Assembly: GCA_038087875.1 (NCBI GenBank)
Contig: CM075989.1
Location: 3,968,001-4,032,000 of the forward strand
DNA length: 64,000 nucleotides
Direction: 5' to 3'
Source of the DNA: Malacoraja senta
Lineage: Eukaryota
Shown here: one piece after another, positions 25,259 through 37,400 of the stretch
Position numbering within the stretch: position 1 is the stretch's first letter
How the letters are laid out: each line of letters opens with the position of its first letter
Position numbers and translations under genes: made by a program
Notes under the pieces: model-generated
Database searches by the model: none
Seen by the model: the letters and a program-made list of their open reading frames with translations, nothing else
Told to the model about the DNA's origin: nothing

Positions 25259-28200
25259 AACTCCCTCTTAAATATAGCCAACGAACTGGCCTCAACTACC
25301 TTCTGTGGCAGAGAATTCCACAGATTCACCACTCTCTGTGTGAAAAATGTTTTCCTCATCTCGGTCCTAAATGATTTCCCCCTTATCCTTAAACTGTGAC
25401 CCCTTGTTCTGGACTTCCCCAACATCGGGAACAATCTTCCTGCATCTAGCCTGTCCAACCCCTTAAGAATTGTGTACGTTTCTATAAGATCCCCCCTCAA
25501 TCTTCTAAATTCTAGCGAGTACAAACCGAGTCTATCCAGTCTTTCTTCATATGAAAGTCCTGACATCCCAGGAATCAGTCTGGTGAACCTTCTCTGTACT
25601 CCCTCTATGGCAAGAATGTCTTTCCTCAGATTAGGAGACCAAAACTGTACGCAATACTCCAGGTGTTGTCTCACCAAGACCCTGTACAACTGCAGTAGAA
25701 CCTCCCTGCTCCTGTACTCAAATCCTTTTGCTATGAATGCTAACATACCATTCGCCTTCTTCACCACCTGCTGCACCTGCATGCCTACTTTTAATGACTG
25801 GTGTACCATGACACTCGTTGCATCTCCCCTTTTCCTAATCGGCCACCATTCAGATAATAGTCTACTTTCCTGTTTTTGCCACCAAAGTGGATAACCTCAC
25901 ATTTATCCACATTATACTGCATCTGCCATGCATTTGCCCACTCACCCAGCCTATCCAAGTCACCTTGCAGCCTCCGAGCATCCTCCTCACAGCTAACACT
26001 GCCCCCCAGCTTCGTGTCATCCGCAAACTTGGAGATGTTGCATTCAATTCCCTCGTCCAAATCATTAATATATATCGTAAATAGCTGGGATCCCAGCACT
26101 GAGCCTTGCGGTACACCACTAGTCACTGCCTGCCATTGTGAAAAGGACCCGTTTACTCCTACTCTTTGCTTCCTGTCTGCCAGCCAGTTCTCTATCCACA
26201 TCAATACTGAATCCCCAATACCATGTGCTTTAAGTTTGTTTACTAATCTCTTATGTGGGACCTTGTCGAAAGCCTTCTGAAAGTCCAGATATAACACATC
26301 CACTGGTTCTCCCTTATCCACTCTACTAGTTACATCCTCGAAAAATTCTATAAGATTCGTCAGACATGATTTACCTTTCATAAATCCATGCTGACTTTGT
26401 CCAATGATTTCACCACTTTCCAAATGTGCTGCTATCCCATCTTTAATAACTGATTGTAGCAGTTTCCCCACTACCGACGTTAGACTAACTGGTCTGTAAT
26501 TCCTCGTTTTCTCTCTCCCTCCCTTTTTAAAAAGTGGGGTTACATTAGCTACCCTCCAATCCTCAGGAACTACTCCAGAATCTAAAGAGTTTTGAAAAAT
26601 TATAACTAATGCATCCACTATTTCTGGGGCTGCTTCCTTAAGTACTCTGGGATGCAGCCTATCTGGCCCTGGGGATTTATCGGCCTTTAATCCATTCAAT
26701 TTACCTAACACCACTTCCCGGCTAACCTGGATTTCACTCAGTTCCTCCATCTCATTTGACCCCCGGTCCCCTGCTATTTCCGGCAGATTATTTATGTCGT
26801 CCTTAGTGAAGACAGAACCAAAGTAGTTATTCAATTGGTCTGCCATGTCCTTGTTCCCCATGATCAATTCACCTGTTTCTGACTGCAAGGGACCTACATT
26901 TGTTTTAACTAATCTTTTTCTCTTCACATATCTATAAAAGCTTTTGCAGTCAGTTTTTATGTTCCCTGCCAGTTTTCTTTCATAATCTATTTTCCCTTTC
27001 CTAATTAAGCCCTTTGTCCTCCTCTGCTGGACTCTGAATTTCTCCCAGTCCTCTGGTAGGCTGCTTTTTCTGGCTAATTTGTACGCTTCATCTTTTTTTT
27101 TGATACCATCCCTGATTTCCCTTGTTATCCACGGATGCACTACCTTCCCTGATTTATTTTTTTGCCAAACTGGGATGAACAATTGTTGTAGTTCATCCAT
27201 GCAGTCTTTAAATGTCTTCCATTGCATATCTACCGTCAACCCATTAAGAATCAATTGCCAGTCTATCTTGGGCAATTCACTTCTCATACCCTCAAAGTTA
27301 CCTTTCTTTAAGTTCAGGACCCTTGTTTCTGAATTAACAATGTCACTCTCCATCCTAATGAAGAACTCAACCATATTATGGTCACTCTTGCCCAAGGGGC
27401 CACACACAACAAGACTGCTAACTAACCCTTCCTCATTACTCAATACCCAATCTAGAATAGCCTGCTCTCTCGTTGGTTCCTCTACATGTTGGTTTAGAAA
27501 ACTATCCCGCATACATTCCAAGAAATCCTCTTCCTCAGCACCCTTGCCAATTTGATTCACCCAATCTATATGTAGATTGAAGTCACCCATTATAACTGTT
27601 TTACCTTTGTTGCACGCATTTCTAATTTCCTGTTTGATGCCATCCCCAACTCCACTACTACTGTTAGGTGGCCTGTACACAACTCCCACTAGCGTTTTCT
27701 GCCCCTTAGTGTTTCGCAGCTCTACCCATATCGATTCCACATCCTCCAAGCTAATGTCCTTCCTTTCTATTGCGTTAAATCTGCTCTCTAACCAGCAACG
27801 CTACCACACCTCTTTTCCCTTTCTGTCTATCCCTCCTGAATATTGAATATCCCTGGATGTTCAGCTCCCAGCCTTGGTTACCCTGGAGCCATGTCTCCGT
27901 GATCCCAACTATATCATATTCATTAATAGCTATCTGCACATTCAACTCATCCACCTTATTACGAATGCTCCTTGCATTGAGACACAAAGCCTTCAGGCTT
28001 GTTTTTACAACACTCTTACCCCTTATACAATTATGTTGAAAAGTGGCCCTTTTTGATTTTTGCCCTGGATTTGTCTGCCTGCCACTTTTACTTTTCACCT
28101 TGCTACCTATTGCTTCTACCCTCATTTTACACCCCTCTGTCTCTACGCTCCCACATTTAAGAAAGCCTTTCCCTTTAACTCCATCCTCAACTATCCCATT

Positions 28201-28322
28201 CGACACCCCACCCCCCTTGTTCAGTTTAAATCCACCCGTGTAGCAGTGGCAAACCTGCCTGCCAGAATGCTGTTCCCCCAGCTGTTAAGATGCAAGCCGT
28301 CCCTTTTGTACAGTTCCCTTTT
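25259..28322 (-). mobile_element. CR1-clade LINE: end of ORF1 (SGNH esterase-like) and near-complete ORF2; 3' tail missing
   Basis: 28221-28319 encodes RELYKRDGLHLNSWGNSILAGRF..DLN* (DxxH block). ORF2 LCLNARSIRNK, GITETW, a 652-aa open segment with EN and RT motifs; frameshifts at ~27780 and ~25812. Confidence 0.95.
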
Positions 28323-28766
28323 GATGCCAAGTTAAGAATGTATCATCTAAATAATGCATTGTTATCATTCTCAAACAAAAATACACATATGTTTCTGAAG
28401 GACATTTTTCAGTAAACATAATGGGTAATTTGCCCAGGCATTACATTATAGGACACAATAAAGGACATTAGGTGTCAGAGGTTGTGGGGAGAAGGCAGGA
28501 GAATGGGGTTATGAGGAAGAGATAGATCATCCATGATTGAATGGTGGAGTAGACTTGATGGGCCAAATGGCCTAATTCTACTCCTATGACCTTGTGACTT
28601 TACGAGATGCTAGTTTATTGGATCTTAGTCCACAAATATTAAATTATGTCACCTAACAGAAATTACAACCAATTACATAAATGTAAAAGAGCTTGCAAAA
28701 CATAACGGAAATAGAACAGCGGTAGAAAATGGAAAAGTACATTGAGTGAGGAAAAAATCTGATGGT

Positions 28767-28773
28767 AAAAAAA
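28767..28773 (-). terminator. RNA polymerase III T7 terminator of the tRNA gene
   Basis: Seven Ts on the minus strand, 4 nt after the tRNA 3' end. Confidence 0.85.
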
Positions 28774-28777
28774 CTTT

Positions 28778-28850
28778 CGAGCCAGCCAGGAGTCGAACCT
28801 GGAATCTTCTGATCCGTAGTCAGACGCGTTATCCATTGCGCCACTGGCCC
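28778..28850 (-). tRNA. trnaR-ACG: tRNA-Arg (anticodon ACG)
   Basis: GGGCCAGTGGCGCAATGGATAACGCGTCTGACTACGGATCAGAAGATTCCAGGTTCGACTCCTGGCTGGCTCG, 73 nt, canonical vertebrate sequence with intact A and B boxes. Confidence 0.98.
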
Positions 28851-29199
28851 GATGAAATGTGCCTTCTCTGTTAGTGGTAGGAATATCTCCCAAACCCATG
28901 TTGCACCTACTTTCAACATGGTCCATTTATCTGTCCAGCCAGCACAACAGGAGAGCCGAGGGACCTGGAATCAGGTTCGTTCATTCATTCATTATAGCCC
29001 GGACCTAGCGCTGATTGTGAACGTGTGTCTGCATTGTAAGTAACAATTAAGTACCATTGAAGTAACGTTTAAATCCTTTTTTTTTTCCTGCCATGCATTT
29101 TACAAACATGCATTTAATTCATTGCAGAGTGCCATTGAGGTGTAAATCTGTTATTTGGGGTTGGGTTGCAGTTTTATTGAATGACACGCAATCACTACT

Positions 29200-29740
29200 T
29201 GCAGCGGGGCTGCATGGCCCGGACAGCCCGTCACTTGGCACGGGGGTGACTGACAGCTACACCCAGCGAGGGGGTGGGGGCGGGGCTGGCGGGAAGCCAA
29301 TCGGCGGCCGCCGGCCGCGGATGGCGCTGGACCAATGAACGTGCGGCGTGCGGGCGGCGGTTGCACCGGTGAGGCGCTGGCCAATGAGAAAGCAGGTGGA
29401 CGTGGGGCGGCGGCCAATGGGACGGCCGGAGGTTGCGGCGAATAGGAAGATTGGTGACGACAGCCAATGGGGAGAGAGTGCTGTGGGGCGGCGACTAATG
29501 GGAACGCGGGGGCCGTGGAGCGGGGGCCAATGGGAAGTGAGGGGTCGTTGTGGTCTGACCAATGGGGAGAGAGCAATGTTGGGTGCTGATTAATGGGGCG
29601 GCGGGGGCGTTGGGCGCTGACCAATGGGGCGGCGGAGGGTTTGCGCGGGAAGGCGATGGCGGCGGAGAAGGCGAAACCAGCAGCGCTGAGGCGCTGAATA
29701 ACATTGAAACCACACATGAAATACAGCACCGAGCAGGTTA
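29200..29740 (+). promoter_or_regulatory. CpG-island promoter and probable non-coding exon 1 of FANCI
   Basis: CpG-rich. Eight CCAAT boxes on the plus strand, GC boxes, E2F-like GGCGGGAA (29288) and GCGCGGGAA (29643), candidate donor CAG|GTTAAT at ~29735. Lies 1.7 kb upstream of the ATG exon. Confidence 0.75.
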
Positions 29741-31414
29741 ATGCTTCTAGTCACATCAGAATTCAAATATCTGTTCTTCCTCACGGGTGTTTGAATCATT
29801 CAAACTAATTTATTTATGTAAGTAGTAGTTTCATAGAAATAGTTGCAGATTACGTTATAATTTGAAGATAGACACAAAATGCTGGAGTATCTCATTCTCA
29901 GTGGGTCAGGCAGCATCTCTGGACATAGGAATACTTGATGTTTCGGGTCGAGACCCTTCAGAAATTATAATTTGAACTATTTTGAGTTATATAATTTGAA
30001 TTCCTGCGATATCCCCCTATTACTTACATCATGTTAGTAATTATATTAATATATTAATAATAACATCATATTACTAACATGGCTTTTTATATTACTCTAA
30101 TGCTAAAGATGTAGATGAACTGTACTATCTTGTCAATTTTTAATGTTATATGATGTTAACATCTCATTGAAGTGTGCCTTCCTTCAAATAAATAAAGAGA
30201 GAGAGCAGAGCAAAATTTGATGTATTGTAAATATAAGACAGCAACCCTCACATGTTGGCAAGTTTCCTCCCTGACTCTGCCTGAAGAAGGGTCTCGACCG
30301 GAAACGTCACCTATACCTTTTCTCCAGAGATTTTGTCTGACCTGCTGAGTTACTCCAGCTTTTGTGTCTTATCTTTGGTGTAAACCAGCATCTGCAGTTC
30401 CTTACACTCCTGAATTCTGTACTAGGATCCCTCTGTGGTCCAAATTCTTGATTTGTACTCTGACCAATTGGCGAGTGAAAAAGGGTCTTGACCCAAAACT
30501 TCCCCAATTGCTTTTCTCCAGAGATGCTGCCTGACCTGCTGAGTTACTCCAGCTTTTTGTGTCTATCTTTGATCCAGTATTTCATCTTGTCATTCGCAAA
30601 TAAGCATGCAGGTACAGCAGGCAGTGAAGAAAGCTAATGGCATGTTGGCCTTCATTGCGAGAGGATTTGAGTTTAGGAGCAAGGAGGGCCTACTGCAGTT
30701 GTACAAGGCCCTGGTGAGGCCGCACCTGGAGTATTGTGTGCAATTTTGCTCTCCTAATTTGAGGAAGGACATTATTGCTGTTGAGGGAGTGCAGCGTAAG
30801 TTCACCAGGTTACTTCCCGGGAAGGCGGGACTGACATAATGAAAGAATGGGTCGACTGTTTGTATTCACTGGAATTTAGAAGGATGAAAGGGTATCTTAT
30901 TGAAACATATAAAATTCTTAAAGGCTAGATGCAGGAAACAATATTCCTGATGTTGGGGGAGTCCAGAACCAGAGTCACGGTTTAAGAATAAGGGATAGGC
31001 CATATAGGATTGAGATGAGGAAAATTTTCACCCAGAGTTGTGAATCTCTGGAATTCTCTGCCACAGAAGGCAGTGGAGGCCAATTCACTGGATGTTTTCA
31101 AGAGTTAGTTAGACTTAGCTCTTGGGGCTAAAGGAATCAAAGGATTCGAGGAGAAAACAGGAACCGGGTACTGATTTTAGGTGATCAGCCATGAATGGCG
31201 GTGCTGGCTCCATGAACTGAATGGCCTACTCATGCACCTATTTTTCTAAGTTTCTAAAAGGATGTTTTGTGTTGTCGTAGGTTATTGAAAGTGAATGCAG
31301 CTGAGATATTTTGGTGATATTTGGGACATTCTGTAAAACAACATGTTCACAAAATACTTTTTTTTTGTAAAGGTAACATTCAATAATTTCAGTATCGCTT
31401 GTAAGTGAGAAGGG

Positions 31415-31498
31415 ATGGATCAGAAGATTCTGTATTTGGCTGCCGGTGAAGATACAGAGGGATTGCAGCAATGCCTGCAACAGATGAAAGAGAATGAG
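31415..31498 (+). CDS. FANCI: FANCI exon 2 (coding part)
   Basis: [28 protein letters not shown]; acceptor TTTCAG at 31392, donor GTAATG. Confidence 0.93.
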
Positions 31499-34400
31499 GT
31501 AATGAGTTGGCACACTTTCTCAAATCAGTAAAGTGATAAAAATATTTCTATATTAAGATTAATGTTTTTTCTGTCAAGTCTTGTAAATGCTGCAATTAAA
31601 TAAACATTTCATGGATTCAAATATTGTGCTTTATTTTCTCCTCCAAAACCACTAATCATAGATTAAATACTTTGCTATCACTTCATTCCTGCACATACTT
31701 ACGTGTTTTGGTATAACTATTTGAAAGGAGATTGTAATGAGAATGATTTTATGAATGTAGAAACAAGGTTTACAAATATGTCACAAAATGCTGGAGTAAC
31801 TCAGCAGTTCAGGCAGCATCTCTGGAGAACATGAATAGCTGACGATTTTTGTCGGCACGCTTCTTATGACTGGTTTTATGAATTTATGAATGATATGGCA
31901 TATAGAATGAGCTCCAATAATATCCTTAACCTGTAGCTATTTAATCAAAATATCATTTCTGCGTTTGTTTCAGATTGGCGCTTTAATAACAACACATGCT
32001 TTGAAAGGGAAGGAAATTGGAATGCTTGTCAGAGCTATTTTTAAAGGTTGGTTCTTCCTAAGTCTGTGATAGATTGATTGACACAAATCTGTTTACTGCA
32101 TATGGCTAATATAATGTTGATGCTTGTTTTCAGCCATATAAATGCATTAATATAGATTGAACATGACAGATTCAGTCAAGCTAGGCCTATCTTGGATAGT
32201 AAACCTGTAGTTTGGTCCCAAAGTTTTGTCATTGCTGTATAGATCATTGTCCCCATAAGGACCATTGTGGGTGAGGTGGGTGTATGGGGACCTATCAGGA
32301 TTACAAGAACATGTCAGATGAGCACCCACTGAATCAATGGTTAGCTATATTTTGGGAGGAGATGGTGACGTCAGGAGACGTGTTTGAAGAACTATTCATG
32401 ATTGTGGAACAACTGCGGTCTCCAATGGTGATTATTATTTTTTGAGTTTAGTTCATACCTGCCAACACTTGAAAATGAAAAATCTTACTCTGAGTAAGAG
32501 TGCAAGCGCCGAAGGCACTCACCCATTACGGGTGGGGTCCAGGGGCCCGCCTTAGTTCCTGAATTTTGAGGTTTTTTTTGTAGTTTGCCGATATCGCAAT
32601 ATATTCAGCTGCCAAGTTTTTGTCAGAGCATTTCAGTATTCTAGTATCTGAAAATCAGTATTTTGCTGAGGAAATCAGTATTTTTACACGGTGCCATTTT
32701 GCTGAAATTTTTATTTTTTATGTGCGGTCATACCCATGTAAGAGTACAAGAATGCATAACTTGTTTACTGTGTATTTATAATACAGTTTATTGTGTATTA
32801 TATGTCACAGCAGCTTTCTTGCATTTGTCCAGAAGTTTATCATTGAAAGTCATCTCTCCCCCTCCCCCTCCCCCTCCTCTCCCCCTCCCCCTCATGGTCT
32901 CATTCACTCCGGCCATCTAGATCTTAATTAATTAATTAAAATGTCATAATGCTGAATACCTATTGACGCCATCTACACCACGCTGCCTCGGCAAGTATAC
33001 CACCATAATCAAGGACCAGTCTCACCCCAGTCACTTCCCCTTCTCCCATCTACCATAAGGCAAGATGTACAGAAGTTTGAAAACAGTTACCTCCAGATTC
33101 AGGAACAATTTATGTCCAGCTGTTGTCAGGCAACTGAACAGTCCTCAGCTCGAGTGAGGTCCTGACCTCCCAATTACCTCTTTGGTGATCTTTGAACTAT
33201 CTTTAATCGGACTTTTATCAGACTTCAATGTTATATATTGCACTAAATGCTGTACCCCTTATCCTTTATCTGTGGATGCATGATTGTATTCATGTACAGT
33301 CTTTGACTGGATAGCACGCAAACAAAAGCTTTTCACTGTACCCTGATACATGTGACAATAATAAACTCAACTACGATGTTTTGTTTTTCTTTTATACGTT
33401 CCCCATGTTCTAAACATGAAGGAGCTGGTTGCAGGCTTTATGTTTATAAACACTGCATGCAGCTGGTTGAATCAGGAGACCTTCAATCAGATATAGCAAC
33501 AGACATGATTGGTTTGCTGATGCTTGAGGTAAGTTATGAAAAGCCCTATCGTTTGCAGCTAAGAAATGTTCATATTTGAAATGTATTCAGCAGTAATTAT
33601 TCACCAAACCCTGCTCCCACAGCCCATACAAAATGCAAAGTTTTTAAGCATGAAAACAGACCCATGGGCTCAGCAACGTGGTAGTGTTTGGTATCCTGAT
33701 GTAAAAGCAGGGATGTACAGTGCCCTCCATAATGTTTGGGACAAAGACCCATCATTTATTTATTTGCCTCTGTACTCCACAATTTGAGATTTGTAATAGA
33801 AAAAAAATCACATGTCAGATTTTATTCAAGGGTATTTTTATACATTTTGTTTTCACCTTGTAGAAATTACAGCTGTGTTTATACATAGACCCCCCCCCCC
33901 CCCCATTTCAGGGCACCATAATGTTTGGGACACATGGCTTCACAGGTTTATGTAATTGCTCAGGTGTGTTTAATTGCCTCCGTAATGCAGGTATATCTCA
34001 GCACCTATTCTTTCCTCCAGTCTTTCCATCACCTTTGGAAACTTTTATTGCTGTTTATCAACATGAGGACCAATGTTGTGCCAATGAAAGTCAAAGAAGC
34101 CATTATGAGACTGAGAAACAAGAATAAAACTGTTAGAGACATCAGCCAAACCTTAGGCTTACCAAAATCAACTGCTTGGAACATCATTAAGAAGAAAGAG
34201 AGCACTGGTGAGCCTACTAATCGCAAAGGGACTGGCAGGCCAATGAAGACCTCCACAGCTGATGACAGAAGAATTCTCTCTATAATAAACAAAAATTCCC
34301 AAACTCCTGTCCGACAGATCAGATACACTCTTCAGGAGTCGGGTATGGATTTGTCAATGACCACTGTCCACAGAAGACTTCATGAACAGAAATACAGAGG

Positions 34401-37400
34401 TTACTGCAAGATCTTTTGGTTAGCCGCAAAAATAGGATGGCCGGGTTACAGTTTGCCAAGAAGTACTTAAATGAGCAACCACAGTTCTGGAAAAAGGTCT
34501 TGTGGACAGATGAGACGAAGATTAACATATCAGAGTGATGGCAAGAGCAAAGTTTGGAGGAGAGAAGGAACTGCCCAAGATCCAAAGCATACCACCTCAT
34601 CTGTGAAACGCATTGGTGGGGGTGTTATGGCCTGGGCATGTTTGGCTGCTAAAGGTACTGGCTCACATCTTCATTGATGATACAACTGCTGATGGTGGTA
34701 ACATAATGAATTCTGAACTGTATAGACACATCCTATCTGCTCAAGTCCAAACAAATTCCTCAAAACTCATTGGCCGGTGGTTCATTCTGCAGCAAGACAA
34801 TGATCCCAAACATACTGTTAAAGCAACAAAAGAGTTTTCCAAAGCTAAAAGATGGTCAATTCTTTAGTGGCCAAGTCAATCACCCGATCTGAACCCAATT
34901 GAGCATGCCTTTTGAATGCTGAAGAGAAAACTGAAGGGGAACAAGCATAAGCTAAAGATGGCTGCAATACAGGCCTGGCAGAGCATCACCAGAGAAGACA
35001 CCCAGCAACTGGTGAGGTCCATGAATCGCAGACTTCAAGCAGTCATCGCATGCAAAGGATATGCAACAAACTACTAAACATGACTACTTTCATTTACATG
35101 ACATTGCTGTGTCCCAAACATTATGGCACCCTGAATTGGGGGGTGGGGTGGAGGGACTATATAAAAACACTGCTGTCATTTCTACATGGTGAAACCAAAA
35201 TGTATAAAAATGGCCTTTATTAAAATCTGTGATTTTATCTGTTCTAATCTGTGATTAAAACCACGTGATTTTATTTCTATTACAAATCTCAAATTGTGGA
35301 GTATAGAGGCAAATAAATACATGATGGGTCTTTGTCCCAAACATTATGGAGGGCACTGTAATGCTGACGCTCTATAATGCACTGATCAGACCGCATTTGG
35401 GGTATTGTGAACAATTTTGGGTCCCATATCTGAGGAGGGATGGGCTGGAGTTTACAAAGGTCCAGAGAAGGCTTACGAGAATGATTCTGGTGATGATTGG
35501 GTCAACGTATGATGAATGTTTGACTGCTCTGGGCCTGTACTCGCTGGTGTTTAGGATGAGGGGGGGGATCTCATTTAAACTTTTTGAATAACAGAAGGCC
35601 TGGATTGAGTGGACGTGGAGAGGATGTTTCCACGAGTGGGAGAGTCTAGGACCAGAGGGCACAGCTTCAGAATAAAAGGACATGCCTTTAGATTGGAGGT
35701 GAAGAGGAATTTCTTTAGTCAGGTGGTGGTGAATCTGTGGAATTCATTGCCACAGATGGCTATGGAGGCCAAGTATTTGGATATTTTTTAAGAGGAAATT
35801 GATAGGCTCTTAATTAATATGGGTGTCGGAGGATACGGTAAGAAAGCCGGAAAATTTAGTTGAGGGAAAGATAGATCACCCATGAGTGATAGGCAGTCGA
35901 TGGGCCGAATGGCCTATTTCCGCACCTATGTGTTATGAATTTATAAACGTGATGTAATTATATCATGAGTAGAAATTCTACTTCCGCAGGTAGGATGTAA
36001 AAATTTACAGTCATATCGCACATGAAGTTCATTCTACTTTCACACGATGAGTACTTTGTGCACCAACAAAAGGTTAATGAAGAAGGATTTATTTTCTTTA
36101 TGATAGGAGATAAATCATGGTGCAGATTTTAAGCGCATGAAATAAATGGACAAAATAACTTGCTTCGCTGGTGAGAGATTTAAAGAGGTGGTGAATGCAA
36201 ATGAAAAGCTGAAGTTAATTGGTACTTTAGTAAGCAAACATATCATGGATAGAAATAGTCAGATTCATACATCTCAGTAACAGGCCCTATGGCCAAACTG
36301 ATCTATGCTCCCCAAGATGCCCATCTAAATTAGTCCCATTTGCCTATATTTGATTTATTTTTCCCAAAACCTTTCCAATCCAGAAGCCTGTTTGAATGGG
36401 TTTTGAATTATTTCAAGGGATTCGCATAAACTTCTGGCTCTTGCCTGTATCCCGTAATGACCATTTTCAAAATATAGTAAGAAATTGTAGTTGTAGTTCG
36501 TTGCACAGACCCGACTCCCCACCATTGACTCTGTGTACATTTCACATGAATCGGAAAAGCAGCCATCATAATCAAAGACTTGTCCCACCCCGGTCATTCC
36601 TCCTATCTGCAACCCATCGGGCAAACGTACAGAAGCTTGAAAGTGTGCACCGCCAGGCTTAGGAACAGGTTCTTCCCCTCTGTTATCAGGCTTCTGAATA
36701 CTTCTTCCATAAGCTAGGGTAATGCTCTATTCACCTCTACCCCATTGCGGACATTTGACTTTACCTATGGAACTGTTGCGCTACAATGCTGAGACTATAT
36801 TCTGCACTCTGTACCTTCCCCTTTGCTCTACAGGTTTTATTTGAGTTTGATTATTTTTATGTAGCGTATTATCTGATCTGATTGGACCGCATAAAAAACA
36901 ATGTTTTTCACCGTATCTCGGTACACGTGACAATAATAAACCAAAATCTAAAGATCAATTTTTGAGATAGTGATATGACCTCGGAGCTTGTGAATGACAC
37001 ATTTACCTCCTGCCCCACGAGCAGTCCCATAACAATCTGAGGATTCCTTGCCATGCAATGCTTCCTTGCCAAAAGATTAGTCGTTGAAGTTAATTGGTCC
37101 ACCCCTCCAGACTTAATGGAGCCACAGCACACATTTTACCCTCCCCAACTCAAAGAAAATGTACTAAAAGTTATCATGAATGATACAGGAAAAGGTCATA
37201 TGCACAATAATTACTGATTAGGAATTAAAGTCCATATTTTATTTGTAAATGAAACCTTTGACTCTCAAATCTTGTATGCTACCTCTTTCGGGATCCACTG
37301 TTAGAAATCTGCATAGTGAATGCACATAAAAAAAGTAGCATACACCTTGTGTGGTTTGGTAATTCTTGTAGTTAGTTCTAAGTTCATAAGATCTAGGAGC

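Noticed and set aside
29093..29799. Overlapping ORFs in the CpG island
   Set aside because: Stop-poor promoter sequence; FANCI homology starts at 31415.
31920..31930. ATATCCTTAAC, overlapping U12 donor and branch-point motifs, as a partner for the AC acceptor of exon 4
   Set aside because: It lies upstream of exon 3 with no exon ending there, the intron 2 donor is U2-type, and there is no U12 branch point near 33397; probably chance.
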